Shown piece after piece: positions 41,465 through 52,855 of a DNA stretch of 64,000 nucleotides; positions within the stretch are counted from its first letter, which is position 1; each line of letters opens with the position of its first letter. The notes under the pieces are model-generated. The model did not search any database, was not told the origin of the DNA, and saw only the letters and a program-made list of their open reading frames with translations. Origin of the DNA: Eledone cirrhosa (taxonomy: Eukaryota); assembly GCA_964016885.1 (NCBI GenBank), contig OZ024751.1:31000001-31064000 (forward strand), in the 5' to 3' direction. The position numbers were made by a program, and so were the translations under genes.

Positions 41465-44400
41465 ATATACATATATATATATACACACACACACACAGCT
41501 ACGTCATAATGTCGTAATGCAGACAACCAGGCATAGAGACAGATATTATAAAGGCGCAACGTTATATCTATGTATTTATCTAAAAAGAGAAAGACTAAGA
41601 GAAACAGAGAGAGATCGCCTAATGCGTTCTCTGGGGCATTGAAAATTTGAAATTTTGTTTGCTCAAAACACTCACAGGACCATAAGTATTACATGTGTAA
41701 AGTTTGAAAACAATCGGTTGGGTGGTTCTCGAGTTTTAGTAATTGGACAGACAGACAGACATTCTCTGTTTTAGATATATAGATTATGAGAAAATATTTA
41801 ACAATTGGCGCAACTATTTTTTTTGAATTGGCTAGGGAATCATATTACCGGAAATAATATCACATTACAAATATAATGTCTAAGCCGTGTATAAAAATAT
41901 AATAATGATAAAGGAAAGAAAAAAGAGGTGGGGGAGGGGCAATTCACCACCAAGTGCGACAATCGGCCGCACCTTACGCGAGGGGTTAACTACACACTTT
42001 GAGGCAAGCCAACATTACCACGAGTGATGGCGAGGCTAAGGTGTTGAAATAACAAGGCACCTTCACGGGCATCACCTGACATCTCAGTAAGGTGAGCCGC
42101 CAGTGATGACAAGAACTTCACTGTCAGCGGCCCAACTCCATGGCAAGATAAAAGACAATGTTGGCTTCCGCGGGATTTTAACTCAGAACCTAGAAACGCC
42201 TAAGTAAATACAGCAAATCATTTTGTCCGACGCTCTACTGATTCTGCCAATCCATCGCTGTTTTTCTAAATTAATTAATGGTTTCTGATTTAGGCACAAG
42301 GTCAGCAATTTGCAGGGAAGGGGAAAGTCGATTCCAGTGTGTTACTGGTACTTTATTTTATCGACCCCCTAATGATGGAAGGCAAAGCTAACTTCCGCGG
42401 GATTTGAACTCAGAACCTAAAGGAACCTATATGCCACAATGCATGTTGTCCGACGCTCTATCGATTACTGCCAATCCACCGCCTTTTTTTCTAAATTAAT
42501 TAATAAAATCATTTGTTCATTTGTCACTCAGGTTGGAAAGAAAACTCATTAAGTTCTTAATTAATCATTACTGACAACCACTTTAGTTAATAGTGTCAGC
42601 AGTCAACATCAAGCTTGATTTCCTTATATAAACAAACGTCAACGTTCTCTCTCTCACACATATATTCTCTATCTCCTTTCTCTTTCCTTTGTATCTCCGG
42701 TTCACTCTATAACCATTTCTTTATTAGCGGGATTGAAACAAACTTGTTTTTTTTTTATTTTAGGTTTTAGATATAAAAATATATGGCAGCATATTAGAAA
42801 TAAGACACGAAGAATAGAAAAAAAATGACTTTATATATCTTAGGCCCATGACGTTTATTCGTTTTTACCTCCTTAAATACACAAGAATTGGGTTAACATT
42901 GCATTGTAAGGGCGGGTTCAGTTCGAAGGGAGCTTGTCGCTGTGTTTTAAGAGGCATTCACAGCATAAATTCATTAAATTATCTTTGACTAGGAACAGAA
43001 ACCTGCTCAACTTGACAATCCTTAAATATTCTCGGAATAAAGGGTTTGTCACATTGACCCCCCAACTTTGAGAGCGATTGAGATAATAGGCAACTCATCA
43101 GAACTGAGTAAGACCCCAATGTTGGTTATAGGTAAAACATCAACCCAATCTCCAGAAAGTATAAATCTTTAAGTAGGGTCATTTGGTATCTGATAAGAGT
43201 AATTAATTAGACTCATATCAAGATAGAAATGATCCTCTTCTGTGTATCGAGCATCACTTGGTATCGATGCCTCCCAGATGGGCATCAATACAATAAGCGA
43301 TAGTTAAACTTGAGCGGGTGGTTGGTTCACTCCTTCTCGAGTCTTGACTTAAAAATGTTGACTGAGAGTGCGTCAACTGTTTTTTGTTTGAAGTTGTTCC
43401 AGTGGTTGATTGTACGCGCAGAAAATAAATGGCTCCTAGGACTTGGTTGGTGATGCACCAGGTGCTTCCACTGAGTCACAATCACCATAAAAATTTGAGT
43501 TGACACAAAGTTATTAGTCGGATTAATCAAAGAGGGAATGAAGAATAATTGAATTACGAAAAAGTAAAATATATACTGGGGGGGGGGGGGGGAATAAGTC
43601 GACCACCAGAAATGAAAAGGTGCAGTGACATCACATTGGTGGAAAGGATCAACCGAGGACCACTTTCATGGAGATTTCGAAGGGTCAGACTGTTTCCAAG
43701 GGCCTCAGCTAAAGTTGAGTATTATTTTGGGTTACGCAAGGAATTAGAGAGACAGCCAACAAAGAACACATAAGGTAAGCCATTTTGTGTTTTCTACCAC
43801 TTTTGCAATCTTAATTTCTTAGAGGGAAAGAAAGCTCCATCGCATCTTGTGGTATACGATTGAGGGTGCAGCTCTTCTCTTCACTTTTTCTTCTTCTTTT
43901 TTAGTACTGTATACACACACATATATATATATTATATATATATGTAACTAACCAAAAAATTGTCATCAATATACGAGCCTTTGACATAAGTTAAATTGTG
44001 TTATGTATAAATATATTGCATGTAATATTTACAAATTTACCCGTTTAATGTGTGTAGTAGGCTGTAGGGATTATTTTCTATTTCATTGACCAAGAATATG
44101 CCTGGTACCTTAGAGCAAAGAAAGGCAAAACCGACTGCGGCAAAATTTCAAGAGACCAAGAAGACGAAACATAATTCTAACAAAACACTTAGTGGGACAT
44201 TCTATCATTTCTGGCGCTCCGTCATCTGGATTGTGAACGATATTTAACAATAGATTTAAAAAAAAGTATTTGGTAATACAACGAATTAAATCTTTATTAA
44301 TTACCGATACTGTAGCATAACTAGAGTGCGTGCTAAGCAGGGCCGCCTTTCAATGTGTTGTGAGGGGCCGCCCTTTCAGTGTGCCGACCGGGAAAGCTCA

Positions 44401-45025
44401 TTTCAATGTCGACAGAGGAAGCCCCCTTCAGGGTGTCAACCGAGACAACCCTTCAGCCCCCCCCCCCCCCCACACACACACACCAGATACTTGAATATAT
44501 ATACAACATACTCAAAAGTGTTGCTTACCCCCTCATCACCACCACCTTACTACACAACAAACTATATTAGTAGAAGTTCCATCTATCATGCATTGTTTCC
44601 TGGCTGATGTTAATGTGTACATATCAATCTGTGAATATGTATTTATTGTTAGAATGTATGTGTGGAGAATTCCTGCGAGTGTGTTTGCTGGTTTTACCTC
44701 AACAATTATTAGGGAGGAAACTCTGGTAAATTGTATGTATTCTATTGAAATATGTGCCAAAAATGAAAACAAAAAAGAATACAAATATGCTATATTTAAA
44801 AAGCAAAGCCCCAAGCTTTATCTATTAAACATATATAAGATATATTATATATAATCAACTTCCACCTGTAACTACCTAAACACATTGAGCTTTATATAAA
44901 ACTATACACATAAATATATATAATAATTGTTTCTACTTTAAGCACAAGGCCGCCCCTACTGAAAAATAAATCTAAGTTGTGACTTACCCACACGTACATA
45001 TGTTACATATACACTTCAGCGTCAT
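28768..45025 (-). CDS. SAXO: Stabilizer of axonemal microtubules (SAXO1/SAXO2, FAM154 family), complete, 460 aa
   Basis: Exons 45025-44988 (MTLKCICNICTCG), 38709-38533 (RHYCKH...TIQR), 37192-37080, 31831-31745, 29735-28768 (TAA); all phases agree, 1383 nt. N-terminal CICxICxCGRHxCxH motif and repeated T-x-[YF]-x-x-D-[YF] Mn-type motifs (STFTRDF, TGYREDY, TTFRQDF, TTFKNDF, TSYSLDF) are typical of SAXO proteins. Candidate AATAAA on - strand at 28718-28713. The SAXO1 vs SAXO2 paralog cannot be assigned by eye. Confidence 0.92.
29989..30818 (+). mobile_element. Non-autonomous Helitron
   Basis: A|TCTATATATATAAAAC start; 3' hairpin CCCGTGCAATGCCGGG then CTAG|T; no TSD; internal duplication of the 5' block at ~30270. 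Confidence 0.85.
32415..32477 (-). ncRNA. Type I minimal hammerhead ribozyme motif (left arm of palindrome 2; sense to SAXO pre-mRNA)
   Basis: Reverse-complement copy of 32567-32629, in SAXO intron 3. Confidence 0.82.
32567..32629 (+). ncRNA. Type I minimal hammerhead ribozyme motif (right arm of palindrome 2)
   Basis: 12-bp stem I ATTATATTTTGT/ATAAAATGTAAT (2 G-U); CTGATGA 32579-85; stem II GGA-c-GTAC-tgtt-GTAC-a-TCC; GAAA 32606-09; stem III TATGTA; predicted cleavage after A32617. Confidence 0.85.
33650..34539 (-). mobile_element. Internally deleted Tc1/mariner (DD37D/maT-like) element
   Basis: 27-bp TIR CAGGGTGCGGACGATATTTGTTCGCAA, TA flanks; transposase remnants WQQDSAPCH...WPPSSPDCNP(L)DFFVWG. 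Confidence 0.9.
34626..36016 (-). mobile_element. RTE-clade LINE fragment including 3' UTR
   Basis: VGVHQGSVLIPLLF, CPWELLYADDL, GFKINLSKTKVL, GKWPCSVC; contiguous with a 3' UTR carrying the ~41-bp repeat motif and an (ATG)n-like tail. Confidence 0.88.
36025..36300 (+). mobile_element. tRNA-derived CORE-like SINE (family B)
   Basis: GGCGCATGGCTTAGTAGTTAGAGC...GTTCAATTC...CCTTGAGCAAGACACTTTATTTCACATTGCTCC; another copy at 37592-37740. Confidence 0.8.
36437..36849. mobile_element. Two family-A SINEs tail-to-tail (inverted pair)
   Basis: 36437-36620 (+) and 36665-36849 (-) are nearly identical reverse complements separated by ~45 nt of AT. Confidence 0.88.
37815..37920. repeat. 24-bp tandem repeat (~4 copies) inside a SINE
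   Basis: Unit GTGTATATATACTGTATATACAGT contains the palindrome ACTGTATATACAGT. Confidence 0.9.
38879..39549. repeat. Direct + inverted repeat block
   Basis: 38879-39002 is a direct repeat of ~39283-39403; 39242-39373 is inverted at 39420-39549. Confidence 0.8.
39012..39058 (-). ncRNA. Possible hammerhead ribozyme variant
   Basis: Minus strand ATGGTA-CTGATGA-a-GGGT-aatc-ACCC-a-GAAACA-tcag-TGTC-TGCTGT; GUC cleavage triplet, but A.A mismatch at the base of stem II and a wobble-rich stem I. Confidence 0.45.
39906..39980 (-). ncRNA. Type I minimal hammerhead ribozyme motif, solo, in SAXO intron 1 (sense)
   Basis: Minus strand: ATTTTAT-CTGAAGA-GAA...(internal hairpin AACATA/TATGTT)...TTC-GAAA-TACGTA-TA-ATAAAAT; perfect 7-bp stem I and palindromic stem III. 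Confidence 0.72.
40635..41783 (-). mobile_element. Non-autonomous Helitron
   Basis: Minus strand starts A|TCTATATATCTAAAACAGAGAATGTCTGTC and ends with hairpin CCCTAGCAACGCCGGG + CTAG|T; internal palindrome at ~40735-40857. A 5' fragment of the family lies at 51760-51905. Confidence 0.82.
43230..43445 (-). mobile_element. CR1/L2-like LINE 3' end fragment
   Basis: RSHLFSARTINHWNNFKQKTVDALSVNIFKSRLEKE* matches the F(F)S.R....WN.L....V.A.S...FK.RL C-terminal pattern; followed by a short hairpin. Confidence 0.65.
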
Positions 45026-45281
45026 GGTTCGGTCCAAACGTGATAGATCCCTCCAAAAAGTAAATAAGGTGAAAGGATTACGAAAATGGGCTTTGAGAAG
45101 AAGAGTTGTGTAAAAGTCTCTGGCTATCTCCCTGAAAAAAATTTCAGAATTAATTCATCTAAGCTGGAATGATAAACAGAAACACAACGCCGTTGTCAGG
45201 GCAGCGGTGTGATTATAACGGAAAACAAAAACATTAACAAAACAAGTTAACAAAACATAGTTTGGAACTTGTTATATTTTT

Positions 45282-45304
45282 GTAGCCTCTTAGCAACAGT
45301 TGCC
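45282..45304. promoter_or_regulatory. Candidate RFX X-box elements upstream of SAXO
   Basis: GTAGCC-tctt-AGCAAC followed by GTTGCC, ~260 bp upstream of the ATG of a ciliary gene; spacer is one nt longer than the canonical N0-3. Confidence 0.45.
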
Positions 45305-46263
45305 AGGAGCATTCACAGAACTTCCGGAATACATACAATACTTCCCTGCTGAAATTTGTACACAAAGTTGCAGCCACGACGCCCACAACGCCTATTAACA
45401 CCCACAACAACAATGAAACAAAAACAACGAAGAAGCTTCTTCTTATGTGGTCGATTGAACTGCTAGAAACAGCACCCAACCCCCTTCCCCCATCGTCGTT
45501 TTAAGACCAGAAATATATAATTGTTTCTACTATTGGCACAAGGCCAGCAAATACCCAGTGCATTACTGGTACTTTATTTTATCGACCCCGTAAGGATGAA
45601 AGGCAAAGTTAACCTCGGCGGGATTTGAACTCAGAAATATAATAATGTAATTAGGGCCAGATGAAGGCCAAACCAAACCCCCTATCACAGCCAACAACGG
45701 TGGTGCCCCCCCCCCCCTTCGATCCTTAATGTCTATATCATTTATTTATTCATTTAATCAATAAAGACGTCTGTGTAGAGCTAGTAAGACATGGCTGACG
45801 AGGGGAGGTATTTAGTACCCCCTTCCCATACAATGACATAAAAACGAGACGGAGACAGGCAGAGAGAGAGGGAGATTAAGAAATAAATGTTGAATGTAAA
45901 ATAATAGATTAAAATGTAATTTTCTTGCCGGCCATTCACAAGAACAGATTACAAAGCTATATTAAATAGAATCTATTTGTTTATATATTATGCACTAAAT
46001 AGCAGTAAAAAATATAAGTGACAGCCAGGAATTTTCAAGGCGAAATCGAGGTTTAAATTATTGTATGGCTCATATGGTGTATAGAATGGTAGGGACGTGA
46101 GGTGAGGTAAACACAGTAAACCACCCCACCCAGCCAGTGGGGTTGGTACTAATATTAAGGACAACTGTGGTGCAAATCTCAGAGAGGTCCATTCCTAAAA
46201 TATATAATGGTTTCTGTTTTAGGCACAAGGCTAACAATTTGAGAGGAAGGGAAAGTGTATTAA

Positions 46264-46594
46264 CCTTTTAGCATTTACATTGCTCTATATTTACTATTGT
46301 ATCTTCATGGTAAAGGCTTTACCACACATAACATTTACATTACTCTATATTTACTATTGTATCTTCATGGTAAAGGCTTTACCACACATAACATTTACAT
46401 TGCTCTATATTTACTATTGTATCTTCATGGTAAAGGCTTTACCTCATAATTATCTCATAACGAATCTATGAGATTTTGATATTTATTTTGAGAACAATAC
46501 CTTAATATCAGTATGAGTGGCCAGTTACAATCAGTTTGAACAGAAAAAGGTGGGATAATTCTGGCCAGATACTGCCTGTTTAAATGATAAAGGG
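46264..46594. mobile_element. piggyBac-like MITE with 60-bp x3 internal array, nested in a family-A SINE
   Basis: TTAA at 46260-63 and 46595-98; SINE halves at 46205-46259 and 46599-46672. Confidence 0.82.
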
Positions 46595-46942
46595 TTAAAC
46601 CAATTCCAGTATGTTACTGGTACTTTATTTTATCGACCCCCATAAGGATGAAAGGCAAAACTAACCTTGGCAGGTTATTTTACTATATAAAATGAATAAT
46701 AATTTTCTATGATCAATAAACATCTTTCAGCATTTTGGAAATATCCAGTTAGGTGGAGAAGGTTGTATGATAGCATCTGTCATATGATTTGGGTGAGTTT
46801 GGGAGGAGGTGTAGTAGAAATGAAGGCTTACTAATTTTTTTAGTGTAGATCAGAACAACAAGTGCCAAAAACTAAGTTTGTCAGCTTTTCAAACTGTAAC
46901 TTGAAATTATTTTATAATTTCGTCTCTAGGGTTTCATCATCC

Positions 46943-48578
46943 CCAACTTATTACTGTTTAACATCTAATTTCCTAGGGTCTTATCATACCAACTTATTAC
47001 TGTTTAACATCTAATTTCCTAGGGTCTTATCATACCAACTTATTACTGTTTAACATCTAATTTCCTAGGGTCTTATCATACCAACTTATTACTGTTTAAC
47101 ATCTAATTTCCCAGGATCTCATCCAACTTATTACTAATTAACTTCTAATTTCCTAGGGTCTTATCATACCAACTTATTACTATTTAACTTCTAATTTCCT
47201 AGGGTCTCATCCAACTTATTACTAATTAACTTCTAATTTCCTAGGGTCTTATCATACCAACTTATTACTAATTAACTTCTAATTTCCCAGGGTCTCATCC
47301 AACTTATTACTAATTAACTTCTAATTTCCTAGGGTCTTATCATACCAACTTATTACTGTTTAACTTCTAATTTCCCAGGGTCTCATCCAACTTATTACTA
47401 ATTAACTTCTAATTTCCTAGGGTCTTATCATACCAACTTATTACTAATTAACTTCTAATTTCCTAGGGTCTTATCATACCAACTTATTACTGTTTAACAT
47501 CTAATTTCCTAGGGTCTTATCATACCAACTTATTACTGTTTAACATCTAATTTCCTAGGGTCTTATCATACCAACTTATTACTGTTTAACATCTAATTTC
47601 CCAGGATCTCATCCAACTTATTACTAATTAACTTCTAATTTCCTAGGGTCTTATCATACCAACTTATTACTATTTAACTTCTAATTTCCTAGGGTCTCAT
47701 CCAACTTATTACTAATTAACTTCTAATTTCCTAGGGTCTTATCATACCAACTTATTACTAATTAACTTCTAATTTCCCAGGGTCTCATCCAACTTATTAC
47801 TAATTAACTTCTAATTTCCTAGGGTCTTATCATACCAACTTATTACTGTTTAACTTCTAATTTCCCAGGGTCTCATCCAACTTATTACTAATTAACTTCT
47901 AATTTCCTAGGGTCTTATCATACCAACTTATTACTAATTAACTTCTAATTTCCTAGGGTCTTATCATACCAACTTATTACTGTTTAACATCTAATTTCCT
48001 AGGGTCTTATCATACCAACTTATTACTGTTTAACATCTAATTTCCTAGGGTCTTATCATACCAACTTATTACTGTTTAACATCTAATTTCCCAGGATCTC
48101 ATCCAACTTATTACTAATTAACTTCTAATTTCCTAGGGTCTTATCATACCAACTTATTACTATTTAACTTCTAATTTCCTAGGGTCTCATCCAACTTATT
48201 ACTAATTAACTTCTAATTTCCTAGGGTCTTATCATACCAACTTATTACTAATTAACTTCTAATTTCCCAGGGTCTCATCCAACTTATTACTAATTAACTT
48301 CTAATTTCCTAGGGTCTTATCATACCAACTTATTACTGTTTAACTTCTAATTTCCCAGGGTCTCATCCAACTTATTACTAATTAACTTCTAATTTCCTAG
48401 GGTCTTATCATACCAACTTATTACTAATTAACTTCTAATTTCCTAGGGTCTTATCATACCAACTTATTACTAATTAACTTCTAATTTCCTAGGGTCTCAT
48501 CCAACTTATTACTATTTAACATCTGATTTCCTAGGGTCTCATCATACCCAACTTATTACAATTTAACATCTAATTTCC
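46943..48578. repeat. 46/42-bp satellite with 490-bp higher-order repeat
   Basis: Units CCAACTTATTACT(GT|AA)TTAAC(A/T)TCTAATTTCC...; diagnostic variant CCCAGGATCTC recurs at 47110, 47600, 48090. Confidence 0.95.
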
Positions 48579-49746
48579 ATGCTAGCATGGGTTAGGCAGT
48601 CTGTCATGTTATGAGGCTAGACAGGTTAAGTGACCACATCTTGTTCATTCAATCCAATTTTGGTTTGGTTTTCTATGGTTGGATGCCTTTCCTAATGCCA
48701 ACCACATTACAGCATGTACTGGGAGCTATTTGTCATGACACTGGCACAACCACCTTACAGAGTGGACTGGGTGCTTTTTGTCATAGAACCAGCATAACCA
48801 AATTACAGGGTGGACCAGGTGCTTTTTGTCATGGTACCAACACAACCATCTTACAGGGTGACTGGGTGTTTTTTGTCATAGCACCAGCATGACATCTTAC
48901 GGGAGACTGGGTGCTTTTTTTTTGTCCTAGCATCAGAACTACAATCATGGTATAGGGTGGACTGGATGCCTTTTATGTAGCAACAGCACAACCACCTTAC
49001 AAGGTGAACTGAGTGCTTTTTGTCACGACACCAACATGATGGTATTACAGGGTGAACTGAGTGCTTTTGGTCACGACACCAACATCATCATATTACAGGG
49101 TGGATTGGGTGCTTTTTGTCACGACACCAACATGATCGTATTACAGGGTGGATTGGGTGCTTTTTGTCACGACACTAACATGATCGTATTACAGGGTGGA
49201 CTGGGTGCTTTTTTTTTTGTCATAGCACTAGCACTACCACCTTACAGGGTGGATTGGGTGCTTGTTATTGTCCTGACAACAGACCGACCACCAATAGAGT
49301 GTCATTAATAGACTAATAACTGCCAACCCCTCTTCTCCCCCTCCTCTCTCTCTTATCTAGTTATCTAGTAACTGACTTTATTGACTCGGCTAGCTCATAA
49401 GTCAAGGATATATTGGATCAAGTATGAAATTTGTAGAAATTTGCTTTTTTTCTACAAATTTCCTACTTGATGACCCAATGTTTATGTATCATCATCATTG
49501 TTTAGTGTCTGTTTTTTCTGCTAGCAAAGGTTGGACATGTCACAGACCAGTCAGTACTCAAGGGAAGCCTTTCATTTCCAGGTGGGCCAGGAGCTTGACA
49601 TATGATCCCATGCTCTACTGAGTGCATTTTATCTTGGCACCAACACTAGCGGATTTGTCATGTTCTTAACAGAGTTGTAGAGTCCTCCTCATCCTTTTCT
49701 TCCTATAACCAAACATTTACAATGATTGTATATATTTTTGTATATA

Positions 49747-50636
49747 TGGGTGGGGACGATATTTGTTCGCAATTTTCAACTGCTAATTTTATGCAAAATT
49801 TTTTTTACTTCCGTTGTCACTCTTGTCTTCATAAAAACAGTGACTATATTTCCATTATTTATTTTCAGAATAATTGATTATGAATAATTTTGAACCTCCA
49901 AATTTGTGGAAGAGACACGGAGTTCTTCTTGGAATCCGTGCCGGGAGGACAAATAAGACCAGAAGATCAACTCCCAGAACAGCAGGTGGCTCGCTGTCTC
50001 ATCCAAAGACGTGCCCAGAGTCATGCAGACAAAGTTTCCAGCGACAACATTGGTCTTAGGTGTCGTCAGCAGTCAAGGTGATGTCATGCCACCTCACTTC
50101 TTCCCTGAGGGCCTCGAGCTGAACACCGATGGCTACATCCGCGTTCTGAGCGAGGTAGTAAAGCCCTGGATCGACCAGGTAGCTGCAGGTAGACCGTACG
50201 TGTGGCAGCAAGACTCAGCGCCCTGCCATACCAGCCAAAAGACCCAAGCCTGGCTGTCACAGAACTTTGTCGACCACACTTCAACTGACATCTGGCCTCC
50301 CAGCTCGCCTGACTGCAACCCCCTCGACTTCTTTGTGTGGGGCGCAGTGGAACGAGACACCAACAGATCTAGCTGCAATACGAAAGATGATCTGTAATAC
50401 GATCACAAGAGCCTTTAGGGGCCTAAGTTGGGGGACAGTGACGAAGGCCTGTAGCTGGTTCCGAGGCCGCCTTGAGGCCGTCATCAAAGCCAATGGCAGG
50501 TTTATCGAGTGAGATCGAAAGAACAAGTCATGGAGACAAACTGACCCAAGTTTGATAAATATATCTTAAAAAATAAAATTACTGTGTTATTTTTTCCTAG
50601 ACAGTAATCTTGCGAACAAATATCGTCCGCACCCTG
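49747..50636 (+). mobile_element. Internally deleted DD37D/maT-like mariner element, copy 2
   Basis: Same TIRs and same deletion junction as 33650-34539; 37 residues between the D of QQD and the D of NPLD. Confidence 0.9.
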
Positions 50637-50646
50637 TATATATACA

Positions 50647-50709
<63 letters not shown>

Positions 50710-51118
50710 CTTACCAAAGAAAGGGTTGGGAGAACCCTTTCATTATCTTTACAAAATGACAACCATTCTAGTTGTGGTGTCATGATAAAATGTACTTGGT
50801 AGAACGCGTGACCGTATGTAAGCGAGATGCGGACACAAAGCTCATTAAGGATGTCAGTAGCTCAGCTAGCAGGAAAAGCAAACGTTGATGATAATGATGA
50901 TGATATATTTATATATATATCATCATCATCATCATCATTGTTTAATGTCCATTTTCCATGCTTGCATGGGTTAGATGAGTTGTCCCTTTGTGAGACAAGT
51001 CAGATCAGGTGACCTTGCCTTGCTCATACATATGTGTGTGTGTGTGTGCGTGGGAATATCCATAGGTGTGAAAAAGGAAAACAGTGCTCAATTGGGAAGA
51101 GTGCAGAAATATTATATT

Positions 51119-51342
51119 ATTTATTTATGTTCATACATGAAACAAAAGCGCTACCGAAGGTTTTAAGGCCCAATATTGACCATAGTTCCAGAATACAAGA
51201 AGAGATCAATGTTGTATCTTTAGGCACTTCGTATAAATGCCTGAAGATAGGTCACAATTTTGATCCCTTTCAAGGTATGGTCAATATTGGGCCTTGAAAC
51301 CTTGGCTAGTGCTTTTGTTCCGTGTATGAACATAAATAAATA
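51119..51342. mobile_element. Palindromic element with degenerate hammerhead-like motifs
   Basis: Outer arms 51119-51186/51276-51342; inner ATCTTTAGGCA/TGCCTGAAGAT; + strand CTGAAGA...GGCCTTGAAACCTTGGCTA. Confidence 0.5.
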
Positions 51343-51414
51343 TTATATTATATATATATTCATTAGTTAAGCAAAACAAGACCACAAATTTCATATATAT
51401 ATATATATATATAT

Positions 51415-51759
51415 CATCATCATCATCATTTCATTTTACGTCCGCTTTTTCACTGCTTGCAAGGGTGGGACGGGAACTGATTCTGGCTCGATTTCAACAG
51501 CTGGATGTCCTTCCTAACAGCAACCTCATTTACAGTGGGTGCTGGGTGCTTTTTTGCCGTGGCACCTACACGTCCACTTTTACAGTGGAATGATAGGGAC
51601 CCCAGTCCCTATCATCTCATTTCTACAGCTGAGTAAACTGGAGCAATGTGAAATAAAGTGTCTTGCTCAAGGAAACAACACATCGCCTGGTCTGAGAATT
51701 GAACTCACAATCTTTCAATTGCAAGGCCAATGCTCTAACCACTAAGCCATGTGCCTCCA
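51415..51759 (-). mobile_element. Chimeric SINE (near-identical reverse complement of 24699-25047)
   Basis: Same tRNA head, CORE-like body, ATGATAGGGAC/GTCCCTATCAT hairpin and RTE-like tail. Confidence 0.85.
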
Positions 51760-52036
51760 TATATATATATAAAACAGAGAATGTCTGTCTGTGTGACTCC
51801 CGAAAACTCGAGAACCACCCAACCGATTTTTTCAAACTTTACACATATAATACTTATGGTGGTGTGAGTGTTTTGAGCAAAAAATATTTCAAATTTTCAA
51901 TGCCCTTTATGATTTGTAGTAATCATATTCTTTGTTCCTTTATTCACTGAAGTGAAGTAAATGTTATATTTAAACGAAACCATTTATTTTGTCGTGTTAT
52001 TCACCTCTAACAACACTTAATAACTTCGCTTCACTT

Positions 52037-52038
<2 letters not shown>

Positions 52039-52121
<83 letters not shown>

Positions 52122-52154
52122 ATATATGTGTGGGTGTGTGTGTATATATATGTG

Positions 52155-52187
<33 letters not shown>

Positions 52188-52244
52188 ATATATATGTGTG
52201 TGTGTATATATATGTGTGTGTGTGTATATATATGTGTGTGTGTG

Positions 52245-52277
<33 letters not shown>

Positions 52278-52588
52278 ATATATATATGTGTGTGTGTGTG
52301 TGTGTATATATATATGTGTGTGTGTATATATGTGTGTGTGTGTATATATATATGTGTGTGTGTGTGTATATATATATGTGTGTGTGTGTGTATATATATA
52401 TATGTGTGTGTGTGTGTATATATATATATGTGTGTGTGTGTATATATATATATATATGTGTGTGTGCATATATATATATATGTGTGTGTGTGTATATATA
52501 TATATGTGTGTGTATATATATGTGTGTGTGTGTGTATATATATATATGTGTGTGTATATATATGTGTGTGTGTGTGTATATATATATA

Positions 52589-52663
<75 letters not shown>

Positions 52664-52734
52664 ATATATATGTGTGTGTGTATATATATATATATATATG
52701 TGTGTGTGTATATATATATATATGTGTGTGTGTG

Positions 52735-52823
<89 letters not shown>

Positions 52824-52855
52824 GTGTGTGTATTTATTTATATATATATATATAT
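52039..52855. repeat. Compound (TA)n/(TG)n microsatellite
   Basis: ~800 bp of nearly uninterrupted purine-pyrimidine alternation. Confidence 0.97.

Noticed and set aside
46943-48578. Possible CRISPR array
   Set aside because: Contiguous monomers without variable spacers.
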